From contig JAFGAF010000517.1 of the NCBI GenBank assembly GCA_016933815.1, positions 1 to 56,968 on the forward strand: a DNA stretch of 56,968 bases, written 5' to 3'. This stretch comes from Prolixibacteraceae bacterium. GTDB lineage: Bacteria > Bacteroidota > Bacteroidia > Bacteroidales > Prolixibacteraceae. Positions 10,378-20,200 of this stretch are shown here, in pieces (position 1 is the first letter of the stretch; each line of letters starts with the position of its first letter). The notes below the pieces were generated by a model that saw only the letters and a list, made by a program, of their open reading frames with translations, searched no databases and had not been told where the DNA came from. The position numbers and the translations under genes were made by a program.

Positions 10378-13300
10378 GTGTTTATGTTTCATAATAGTAA
10401 GCTCATGCAAGTAAAAATCCGATCCTTTGCGAACATATCGTTTATGGCTGACAAAATCCGTTCAATTAGCATACATTGCATGCTGGCATTTTTAATAATT
10501 GCTTTTGCATGTGGCACATTATCAGCCAATTCGAGTATCGAAAAAATATCGACTGAAACCGATTTACCCGAAGGTGCTGTTAATTGTATTGTTCAAGATA
10601 AAGCCGGTTTTATTTGGATTGGCACATGGAAAGGATTATACCGCTACGACGGCTACAATACAATAAACTTTTCAACTATAAACCAAGAATTTAACGCAAT
10701 AAAAATTGCTGAATTATTAATTGATGGCAATAATTTATGGGTAGGAACTTTTGTTAGCGGCATGTACAAAATCGATCTCTTAACCTACAAAATTACCCGC
10801 TATCATCAAAAAGCCGAAACATGCCAAAGAACTACAGACAATAACATTATTGCAATTTCGGCAATGCCCAACAATAGTATATTGTTTGGCAGCGAAAACG
10901 GAGGACTGACAATAACAAACCCCGATGGCTGTATAGAAGAAAACTTTACTACAAATAGCGAAAACAGCAAGTTCAACAACAACCAGATTAGCAAGTTATG
11001 CCAAATTGATGAAGATAGAATTCTGATTGGAAACAGTGGACTTTTGATATTTAATTTGAAAAATAGAAGTTTTGAAAAAATTGAAAATCAATACTTGCAA
11101 AATTATATAATGGACATTGTGAAGGTTGATGACAATCAATTTTTGGTGTCGACTCTCGATCGCTTGCTCCTGGTAGACTTAAAAAATAACGCTCAACAAG
11201 TGAAAGTTATTTTGGAACAAAAAATAAATGCCATAGTCAAACACGAAAACATTTTTTATTTAGCTGGAAGCAATGGAATTTTACTGTACGATGCATTTAA
11301 CGGAAAATTATCGGAGTTTAATGATAATGAAACAATTAGCAACAAACAATTAGTAATTAATTGCTTTTTAACAACACACGACAATGCCCTTATTGCCGGA
11401 AGCGAAAGTGGCTTGTACACCATTTCGAACCGAAAGCAACAATTTTTACACATCGACTCTCACACCGAAACCCAAAGCACCAATATTGTAAGTTGTATTG
11501 AAACATGGGAAAACAGCATGATTATTGGTACCTGGGGTAATGGTTTGTATAAACTAAATCATAAAACACATCAACTCGAAGCACTCAAATTCAGCAATTA
11601 CAAACAGAACCCTCCCCGATTTATTTATGCTACCAAAACCATCAACAACAATTTTTGGTTTTCGGATAAAAACGAAATGGGAATATTTAAAATTGAAACC
11701 AATAAAGAGCCCTATCGGTTGCAACATTACCTTAATTTTAACGGCATCGAAAACGAAAGTGGTTATTATACAATAACTTGCATATCGGGCAGTGATAACA
11801 ATTCGTTCATTGTAGGTACGTGGGATGGTTTACTTTTTAGCTATAATGAATTCAAAAACAGTTTCGAAATAATAAAAGACCAAAACGGACAACTCCCTGC
11901 ATCGAAAGACATCTCAATTTTTTCGATACTTAAAGACAATCAAGGTTTTACTTGGCTAGCATTAAGTGGTGGCGGTGTTATTAAAATGAAAATTGTAAAC
12001 AACATTATTCTATCTCAAGAAATTATTACCGTTAACAACGGTTTGGCCAACAACTTTACAACTACCCTATTCCAAAGTAAAAACCAAAAAATTTGGATTG
12101 GTACCGAAGCCGGACTATCGGTTTATAACAACGGTCAAATCGAAAACCTATACCATAACAACATTATTCTCGACATACAGTCGATTGCCGAGGATCCAAT
12201 TGGTTTTTTGTGGCTTGGAACCCCAAATGGCATTTATCGCATTAATTCAAACAACCACAACGAAGCTTTTAAAAACTTCGACACCTCTGATGGTTTGATC
12301 AACAAATCGTTTTTTTTAAACAGCATATATGCCGATAGCAATCAAGTATTTTATTTTGGAGGATATAATGGAATCGACTATTTTACTCCCTACAAAATTG
12401 AGTTTAACTACCAAAAACCTGCACCCAAAATAACAAATTTCCAAATACTTAACCGTAATATATTTCCAAACAATGCATCGGACCAAACAATTTTGCGCAA
12501 AACAATAACCGAAACCAGCGAAATTGAATTAAAGCACAATCAAAATTCATTTTCGTTTGAATTTTCGAACCTCGAATACCTTAACCAGGAGAAATGTCAG
12601 TTTGCCTTTAAGCTCGAAGGGGTTGATAATGAATGGAATTATCGCGACTCGAAACAACGTTATGCTTACTACACCAAACTATCGCCCGGCAACTATACAT
12701 TTCACTTAAAAAGCACCAACAACGACGGCTTATGGTCCGACGAAACACTTAGTCTTTCCATAAATATTCTTCCGCCATTTTGGGCATCGACTTTTGCTTA
12801 CATTATTTATTTTATTACTGCAATGCTCACCATTTTTCTGGTTATTTACAACCGGGTTATGAAAATGCAGCATAATCATCAGCAAAAACTCAAAGAAATT
12901 GAATACAAGAAGCAGAAAGAACTTGATGAACTTAAATTGCGGTTTTTTACCAATATTTCGCACGAATTCAGAACCCCTCTCACACTCATTTTGGGGCCAT
13001 TATCGAAACTGCTTGAAACAGAAAAGAACAACCCATACAAAGAAGCCCACCTGATGATTTTCAGAAATGCCGGTCGTTTATTACAATTGACAAATCGTAT
13101 TCTCGATTTTAGAAAAAACGAAAACGAACAGCTCAAATTAAAAGTAAGCGAAACCAATGTTTCCGATTTTGTTTATAACATCTTCTTGTTTTTTAATTAC
13201 GAAGCACAAAAGCGTGACATCGATTACCGTTTTAAAACCAATTTCGATCAAAAACAGCTTATCGACAGGGAGTTTATCGAAAGTGTTTGTTTCAATTTAT

Positions 13301-14484
13301 TATCGAATGCTTTTAAATACACCCCCGATGGCAAAAGCATTACAGTAGGCGTTGATCCGCACAACGATGGTATTTCGATTTGGGTTGCCGACACAGGCCC
13401 TGGTATAGAGCCTCAAAACCTGCAACACATTTTCGACAGATTTTACACAACCAACAAGCAAAACAGCGCAGGCATAGGCCTAAGCTTTTCAAAACGACTT
13501 ATTGAATTACACAAAGGCGAATTAAAAGTAGAAAGCGAATACGGACATGGAAGCAAATTTACCGTTGTTTTACCCTCCGATTCGGTTTATTCAAACGAAC
13601 AAAAACAAACCGCCGACAGCAAAGAACAAACAGTTGATTGGAAAAAAATTGATCAAACCGTTCAAAAGCAACATACCGAACAAATCAACAACCTTAAAAG
13701 TATTTTCGACAAGGACGAAATGGTTGCCCTCATAGTTGACGACAACTTTGAAGTAAGGCAGTTTTTGACTTCACTTTTAAACGAAAACTTCAAGGTTATT
13801 GAAGCATCGAACGGCGAGCAGGCACTCGAAATTGCCTTTAACAATATCCCCGACATAGTAATTTCGGATGTGATGATGCCCGGTATTGATGGCTACCAAC
13901 TTTGCCAAAAGCTAAAAAACGACGAAAGAACCGATCATATCCCCGTTATATTAACAACAGTTTTATCGAGTCAAGACGACCGAAACGAAGGATTGCTTAA
14001 AGGAGCCGACTCGTACATACCAAAACCCATTGACCCCGAGCACTTACTGATAAGGGTTAACAAGCTGATTGAAAAGCAACTAAAATTGAAAGAGAAATTC
14101 AAAATAAGTAATTTTTCGGCTGCAAATGAAAATAAAGAAACAAACAAATCCGATGTACATCCGCTGGTTGAAAAAGCACACAAAATTGTACTTAAAAACA
14201 TTGATAATTCGGAATACAATATCGACGATTTTTGTAACGACCTTGGATTAAGCCGAATGCAATTGTATCGGAAATTCAAAGCAATTACCGGGCTTTCGGC
14301 AAACAGTTTTATCAGAAAAGTACGTTTGCACAAGGCCGCCGAGTTACTTAAAACAGGCAATTACACGGTAAAAGAAGTAACTTACGATGTAGGTTTCATC
14401 GATTTAAAATACTTTAGAAAATGCTTCTACGACGAGTTTGGAGCAAATCCTTCAGATTATGCACAATCAGGTAAATCAATATAG
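10378..14484 (+). CDS. Hybrid two-component system regulator (beta-propeller/Y_Y_Y sensor, HisKA, HATPase, receiver, AraC)
   Basis: IWIGT repeats, YTKLSPGNYTF, TM helix, FFTNISHEFRTPL, NLLSNAFKYT, SDVMMPGIDG, AraC SRMQLYRK...YFRKCF; exact start uncertain. Confidence 0.95.
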   Translation: MFMFHNSKLMQVKIRSFANISFMADKIRSISIHCMLAFLIIAFACGTLSANSSIEKISTETDLPEGAVNCIVQDKAGFIWIGTWKGLYRYDGYNTINFSTINQEFNAIKIAELLIDGNNLWVGTFVSGMYKIDLLTYKITRYHQKAETCQRTTDNNIIAISAMPNNSILFGSENGGLTITNPDGCIEENFTTNSENSKFNNNQISKLCQIDEDRILIGNSGLLIFNLKNRSFEKIENQYLQNYIMDIVKVDDNQFLVSTLDRLLLVDLKNNAQQVKVILEQKINAIVKHENIFYLAGSNGILLYDAFNGKLSEFNDNETISNKQLVINCFLTTHDNALIAGSESGLYTISNRKQQFLHIDSHTETQSTNIVSCIETWENSMIIGTWGNGLYKLNHKTHQLEALKFSNYKQNPPRFIYATKTINNNFWFSDKNEMGIFKIETNKEPYRLQHYLNFNGIENESGYYTITCISGSDNNSFIVGTWDGLLFSYNEFKNSFEIIKDQNGQLPASKDISIFSILKDNQGFTWLALSGGGVIKMKIVNNIILSQEIITVNNGLANNFTTTLFQSKNQKIWIGTEAGLSVYNNGQIENLYHNNIILDIQSIAEDPIGFLWLGTPNGIYRINSNNHNEAFKNFDTSDGLINKSFFLNSIYADSNQVFYFGGYNGIDYFTPYKIEFNYQKPAPKITNFQILNRNIFPNNASDQTILRKTITETSEIELKHNQNSFSFEFSNLEYLNQEKCQFAFKLEGVDNEWNYRDSKQRYAYYTKLSPGNYTFHLKSTNNDGLWSDETLSLSINILPPFWASTFAYIIYFITAMLTIFLVIYNRVMKMQHNHQQKLKEIEYKKQKELDELKLRFFTNISHEFRTPLTLILGPLSKLLETEKNNPYKEAHLMIFRNAGRLLQLTNRILDFRKNENEQLKLKVSETNVSDFVYNIFLFFNYEAQKRDIDYRFKTNFDQKQLIDREFIESVCFNLLSNAFKYTPDGKSITVGVDPHNDGISIWVADTGPGIEPQNLQHIFDRFYTTNKQNSAGIGLSFSKRLIELHKGELKVESEYGHGSKFTVVLPSDSVYSNEQKQTADSKEQTVDWKKIDQTVQKQHTEQINNLKSIFDKDEMVALIVDDNFEVRQFLTSLLNENFKVIEASNGEQALEIAFNNIPDIVISDVMMPGIDGYQLCQKLKNDERTDHIPVILTTVLSSQDDRNEGLLKGADSYIPKPIDPEHLLIRVNKLIEKQLKLKEKFKISNFSAANENKETNKSDVHPLVEKAHKIVLKNIDNSEYNIDDFCNDLGLSRMQLYRKFKAITGLSANSFIRKVRLHKAAELLKTGNYTVKEVTYDVGFIDLKYFRKCFYDEFGANPSDYAQSGKSI

Positions 14485-14583
14485 CCTGAAAAATTCATAA
14501 ATAATTGGGGTTAAAATTTATGCAACAGCTTATTGCTTGTGTATTTTTTTACCTTTGCACAAATATACAATTTTAACTATTTA

Positions 14584-15801
14584 ATGAACTTCGAAGAATT
14601 TGATTTAAACGACGATATACTGGATGCCATATCGTACATGGGTTTCAAAAAGGCATCGCCCATTCAGGAAAAGGCCATACCAATAATACTTAAAAACAAA
14701 GATATCTTAGCCTTTGCGCAAACCGGAACAGGTAAAACTGCTGCTTTTATGTTGCCCATATTGCATAAAATTAGCGAGAAACAAGTTAACTCAATCAATA
14801 CGTTGATTATTGTTCCAACACGCGAATTGGCTATACAAATCGACCAACAAGTACAGGGTTTTTCGTATTTCATACCCGTAAACTCAATTGCTGTTTATGG
14901 TGGTGGCGATGGTGGTGATTGGGTTCGTGAGCGCAATGCGCTCGATAACAACGTTGAAATTGTTGTTGCAACACCCGGCAAACTTATTTCGCACCTTTCA
15001 ACGGGCAATTTTAATTTTAGCCAATTACAACATCTGGTGCTCGACGAGGCCGACCGAATGCTCGATATGGGCTTTTTCGACGACATACAACGCATTGTAT
15101 CGTACCTGCCAAAAAACAGACAAACACTAATGTTCAGTGCCACAATGCCATCAAACATTAAAAAGTTGGCTAAATCGATTTTAAACCACCCCGAAGAAGT
15201 TTCGATAGAAATGTCGAAACCTGCCGAAGGTGTTTTACAAGCCGCTTACATGGTACGCGAGGAACAAAAAAGTGCACTTATCAGACTATTGGTTGCCGAT
15301 AAAGAAGAATACAAAAGCATTTTGGTTTTTACATCGACTAAAGCTAAAGTTAACAACATTGTTCGCAGCTTAAAATCAGACAAATACAAAGTAAAAGGTA
15401 TTTCGAGCGACTTGCAACAAAAAGAACGCGAAGAAGTTATTTCGGATTTTAGGGCAAAACAAACACGCATATTAGTTGCAACCGATGTGATGAGCCGAGG
15501 CATCGACATTAAAGATATTAGCTTGATTATTAACTACGATGTACCCAACGATGCAGAAGACTATGTACACCGTGTTGGCCGTACTGCACGAGCCGAAACC
15601 GAAGGAGTTGCACTTACTTTAATTAGTGAAAACGATATGTACAAATTTAAACGTATCGAAAGACTGATTGAACGCGAAATTCCAAAAGTGCCTCTCCCTA
15701 TTGAGTTGGGACAAACCCCCGACTGGAGCAATTCCCCCAAACCACAACGCACAAAATTTGCGAATAAACGCAATTTCAAGCCCCGGAAAAACACTAAATA
15801 G
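14584..15801 (+). CDS. DEAD-box RNA helicase (RhlE-like)
   Basis: AQTGTGKT, PTRELA, LDEADRMLDMGF, SAT, HRVGRTAR; start ATG 14584. Confidence 0.95.
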   Translation: MNFEEFDLNDDILDAISYMGFKKASPIQEKAIPIILKNKDILAFAQTGTGKTAAFMLPILHKISEKQVNSINTLIIVPTRELAIQIDQQVQGFSYFIPVNSIAVYGGGDGGDWVRERNALDNNVEIVVATPGKLISHLSTGNFNFSQLQHLVLDEADRMLDMGFFDDIQRIVSYLPKNRQTLMFSATMPSNIKKLAKSILNHPEEVSIEMSKPAEGVLQAAYMVREEQKSALIRLLVADKEEYKSILVFTSTKAKVNNIVRSLKSDKYKVKGISSDLQQKEREEVISDFRAKQTRILVATDVMSRGIDIKDISLIINYDVPNDAEDYVHRVGRTARAETEGVALTLISENDMYKFKRIERLIEREIPKVPLPIELGQTPDWSNSPKPQRTKFANKRNFKPRKNTK

Positions 15802-15820
15802 TTCAACCAATATATACCTG

Positions 15821-15850
15821 AAAAAAAACCTGACTAAAGATAGCCAGGTT
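15821..15850 (-). terminator. Terminator closing the ABC-RND operon
   Basis: Minus strand AACCUGGCUA-UCUU-UAGUCAGGUU followed by a U run. Confidence 0.75.
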
Positions 15851-15886
15851 GTTGGATCACATCATCCAAATTGATCTATGAAAAAT

Positions 15887-16324
15887 TTACTGATTTCCTC
15901 CGCCACGAGGAGCTCCACGCCTTACGGGCTGATTAGGTCCGCCCTGTTGAGCTCTGTCGCGTCGTTGTTGCATACGTTGTTCTTCTAATTCAATGTGCTT
16001 CTTGTATTGTTCATCGGTTAAAACACCTTTCAGTTCCTTGTTCTTTTCTTCGCGAATGGTTTGCATCTTTTCGAAAAATTGCGAACGATCGGCTTCGCCG
16101 GCGTTTTGGAACATTTCGCGCATTTTGTCGCTGTATTTTTTATTCAGCGCTTCAACTTTTTTTGTTTGTTCGGCATTCAAACCCAAATCGTTGGTCATTT
16201 GCTCGGTTTGCCGTTTTACCATTTCTTCAGGGTCGAACTGACCCCCCATACCACCTCCCGGAGGCTGAGCTTTTATAGCTATTGCAGCTAAAAGAACCAA
16301 GGTAAATAATAATATTTTTTTCAT
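15887..16324 (-). CDS. Small secreted helical protein (DUF4890 / Spy-CpxP-like)
   Basis: Signal peptide, MTNDLGLNAEQ and VLTDEQ (LTXXQ-like) motifs, Gly/Arg-rich termini. Confidence 0.75.
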   Translation of the reverse strand: MKKILLFTLVLLAAIAIKAQPPGGGMGGQFDPEEMVKRQTEQMTNDLGLNAEQTKKVEALNKKYSDKMREMFQNAGEADRSQFFEKMQTIREEKNKELKGVLTDEQYKKHIELEEQRMQQRRDRAQQGGPNQPVRRGAPRGGGNQ

Positions 16325-16406
16325 TGTAGTTAAATTTTTGATGTTTTAAAATTGTTAGATTAGATTAATAACCAGAAGTTTAATTCAACTTCGATATTTT
16401 TTTTGA

Positions 16407-17177
16407 TTATCCTAAAAGTTTTTCCCTTTTCTGCAAATTCATTAAAGCAGCCAAAAGAAAAACAACTGCTCCCGAACCCAAAAATATTCGGTTTTTACTG
16501 CTCAAAACGCTCCAAACCATTTCGCTAGTTCCCGAAGGTATGGCATAAGGATTAAAAAACACGTTCCACATCGACTGGGCAATCTCATCGGATAAAACCA
16601 TCAAAATAAAGCCCAGAATGATAATTGTAGCTGCTGTTGCATTTCCCGATCGTAAAACTGTTGATAAAAAGAAAGTTAAAAAGCCCAGAAATGCCAATGG
16701 AAACAATACTTGCAAAACCATTTCGAAAACAGCAAACGATACAAATACATAGCGAATTAAATAAGCCAGTAAAAGCATCACAATAAAAGTAAGAACATAA
16801 ATGAGCATCAAGCGCATAAACCAAACCCTGAAACGGTAATCGGGAATACCAAAAATTATCTCCATTGTACGGGCATCTTTATCGCTTTGAATTCCGAACG
16901 AGGCCGGATAAAATATCAACAAAGCACCAGTTAAAAGCAAAATAGTGTAAACGCCTTGTTCGCTAAGCATTTCGCCATTAAATAAATTAATGCCAATAAT
17001 TAAAAACGATAATACAATGGCGCTAATCAAGAAATAGATAAAACGGTTTCCAAAAACAATTTTCAAATTGTATTTAACCATTACAAAAGCATTCAGTATC
17101 GGCGAAAACCAATTATTCAATGCATTAACGCCTTTAGGACTGCTCATTTTCAATATATTTTCTTGAATTTGTTGCAT
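16407..17177 (-). CDS. ABC-2-type permease-like membrane protein (~6 TM)
   Basis: Amphipathic N-terminal helix, SDKDARTMEIIFGIP coupling-helix-like motif, ~6 hydrophobic segments. Confidence 0.65.
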   Translation of the reverse strand: MQQIQENILKMSSPKGVNALNNWFSPILNAFVMVKYNLKIVFGNRFIYFLISAIVLSFLIIGINLFNGEMLSEQGVYTILLLTGALLIFYPASFGIQSDKDARTMEIIFGIPDYRFRVWFMRLMLIYVLTFIVMLLLAYLIRYVFVSFAVFEMVLQVLFPLAFLGFLTFFLSTVLRSGNATAATIIILGFILMVLSDEIAQSMWNVFFNPYAIPSGTSEMVWSVLSSKNRIFLGSGAVVFLLAALMNLQKREKLLG

Positions 17178-17209
17178 AATTATTTCTTCAGTTTATCAAA
17201 TTATAAACA

Positions 17210-20200
17210 CTAAACAGGTTTGGCCTTTTGCAGCCACAAATAAGCATCTTCGAGATTTGGATCAACACCAAAGGCATTGCTGTGGGGTTTTTGATCAGAA
17301 ATGATTCGCAAACGCACATTATCGCCCTGTTTAGCATGATGGGCTACTACAAATTCCCGAGTGTATTTTTCGAATTCGCTTTCGGGTACTTCCAACTGCC
17401 AAACATGTCCTTTGGCCGAATCGGTCATATTGCGTGGCGAGCCAACATATTGCACACTACCCTTTCGTAATACGGCCAAACGGTTACACGAACTGGCAAT
17501 ATCTTCAATAATGTGAGTCGAAAAAATAACAATACGTTCGCGGCTCAGTTCAACAAGCAGGTTACGGAAACGGATGCGCTCACGAGGGTCGAGGCCGGCT
17601 GTAGGCTCATCGACAACCAGAATGCGGGGCAAATGAAGCAATACCTGGGCAATGCCAATGCGTTGTTTCATACCTCCCGAAAACGAACCAATTTTTTTGT
17701 TCCTGTTTTCCCACATTTTTACGCTCTCAAGTACCTGTTTTACCCTTTCGTTGCGTACTTCGGGAACATTTATCTTTTTCAAAATCGATTGATATTGAAG
17801 ATAATCCCAAGCTGTCATGTTTTCATACATACCAAAATCTTGTGGCAAATAACCAATTAAACCTTGCAGCTCTTCACGCTTTAAATCGGCATCGATGTTG
17901 TTGAACCACACCTTGCCGTAGCTTTGTGTATTGATGCCGCAAATTGCGCGCATTAATGTAGATTTACCTGCACCATTGGGGCCCAGCAAACCGTACATGC
18001 CCTTGCCAATTTCGAGTGTAACTGCATTCAATGCTTTAAACGGCTTTTGCTTTTTACCAATTATTGGTATTGAAAGCACAAAACGATAGATGCCTGCTTT
18101 GAAATCACTGAATTTGCCACTAATGCGGTTAACATTAATTTTTTCGTCGTGAATCTTATTCGAAAAGAAATCTATTGCCAACAAGAAATAAACAAGCACG
18201 ATCAGAATTATTGATAATGCAATATTATCGATTCTGAAATACAAATAAGCCACTGCTGCTAAAGGCGAAAACCAATGCCAAATTGAAAGGGCAATGCTAC
18301 TTGCTCTTTTCATTTTTTGGGTATTATAGGCAAGGTTTTTAAGCATTTTAAATTGATTTTGAGCAAAGAAGTAAATAATAATCATTGCCAAAACAACCCA
18401 AATTGTACTTTCAACATAAAAGAAAGCCATATAGACCAAGAATGCTAAAAGAGGTAATTGCCAGGTAAACGATTTCAGATCGGACAAACGATTAAACTGT
18501 TGACTTTCGCCAAAATGTTCACGCAATTTGATTCCACCATTCCATTCGCGGGCAAATCGTCCTTTTCGGCCGTAAATTTTCACCAAATTTTGTATCCTGA
18601 TAACTATTTCATCATCGGCCGATACAATTGTTTCGCTTGCTTTACGCAGGCTATTCATAATGAACCATACAGCAGCAGGCACCAAAGTAATGAGCAAAAT
18701 AAAGCAAACCATCTGCCAAATAAAGCCATTTATTCCTGTATATATTAAATAGGCTCCAATTGCAAATAAGCTATATTGTAATATTTTCAGCCATAGCTTA
18801 AGGCCTCTGAACCAGGCAAGCGCACTGTGCAAACCAAGATAAAAAGTAGGAATAAATATTAGTGTAAGTACAGTACTGAAGGCCAAGCCACCAATTACAG
18901 TGAGGGCAAACGGAGCGCCAATAACTCCTACGTATTCCGATTTACCCATTGCTAATGGCAACATTGCTACAATTGTTGTAATTGCTGTAATCAATATTGG
19001 CCGCATGCGCGCCAAACCTGCCATTATTAATGCACGTTGCATTCGGTAACCTCTTTTTTGCAATATATTGTTGTAGTCGATTAAAATTATTCCATTATTA
19101 ACAACCACGCCCAATAATATTATAAAACCGGTTAAAGTGTTGGCCGACAGCAGTGTGTTGCCGGTAAAAATCAACATAAACAACGAACCGATTGCGGCCA
19201 GCGGTATCGAAAACATCATTACAAAAGGAGTAGCAAACGATTCAAATACCGAAGCTAAAATCATAAAGATGAGAATAAAAACCATTGCAATCAATGGATA
19301 ATAAGCTGCAAAATCATCTTCATCGTGTATCACCTGAACGGCAATTCCGGCAGGCAGCGGAAGTGAGGCAATTAATTGGTCAACTTCGTTACGTGCAGCT
19401 TCGAGCAAATCTTTGTTTTCGTTAATTTCGCTACTGAAGCTGTAGGTAAGTTCAATTTCTTTTTCCTGATTCAAACGGTTTATACGTGCAATGCCCGAGC
19501 TGAAATATATTCGGGTAATGTCCTGCAATTCGAAAATTCCCCCATCGTTGCTGCTAATTTCGAGTCTTTCGAGATCGTTAAGGCGCATTGGCGGCAGCTC
19601 GGTAATCGTATCGGTACGGATGATTATTTCGTATTCTTCGTTATCTTGTTTGTAGTTGAAGCCCGATTCAATTTCTTTTCTGAAAGCTGACAATTCCGAC
19701 AAAACATTGTTCATTGGAATATTATTTCGACCAAAACTTTCCGAATCGAAATTCAAGTGTACTTCGGGGCGGTTCGATGATTGGTTGCTACGAACCCTTT
19801 CTGTTTCGTCCAAATCGTCGAGATAATATTGAATATCCTCGGCAATTGTTTTCATCAAATCGTAGTTATGGCCTTTAATGAGCACGCGTTCCTCGTTGCT
19901 GCCAATGCCCATCATTCGTTCCATACGTTGAGCCTGACGCATACCACCTCCGCCTGCACCAAATTGTTCGCTAGATGCCGATTGTTCAAAATCGATTTCG
20001 GCATTGCGATCGTGCTTATCCATAATTTTCTTGATCTCGTTTTTCACGCCATCAAAATCGCGGTTTTCGAGCTTCTCAAAATTTTCGTGCAATAAAACGG
20101 TTAAAATAGCCGATTCTTCTTCAATTTGACTGCTAATGCTTTTTTTCTCAACAATTTCCATCAAATCTTTTTCCATTTCGGCAACCAAAGCATCGGTTTT

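Noticed and set aside
16350-16390. Possible ECF-type promoter (TAAAC-N16-ATCTAA, minus strand) before the last operon gene, with a similar string near 31870-31900
   Set aside because: Too short and AT-rich to distinguish from background without TSS data.
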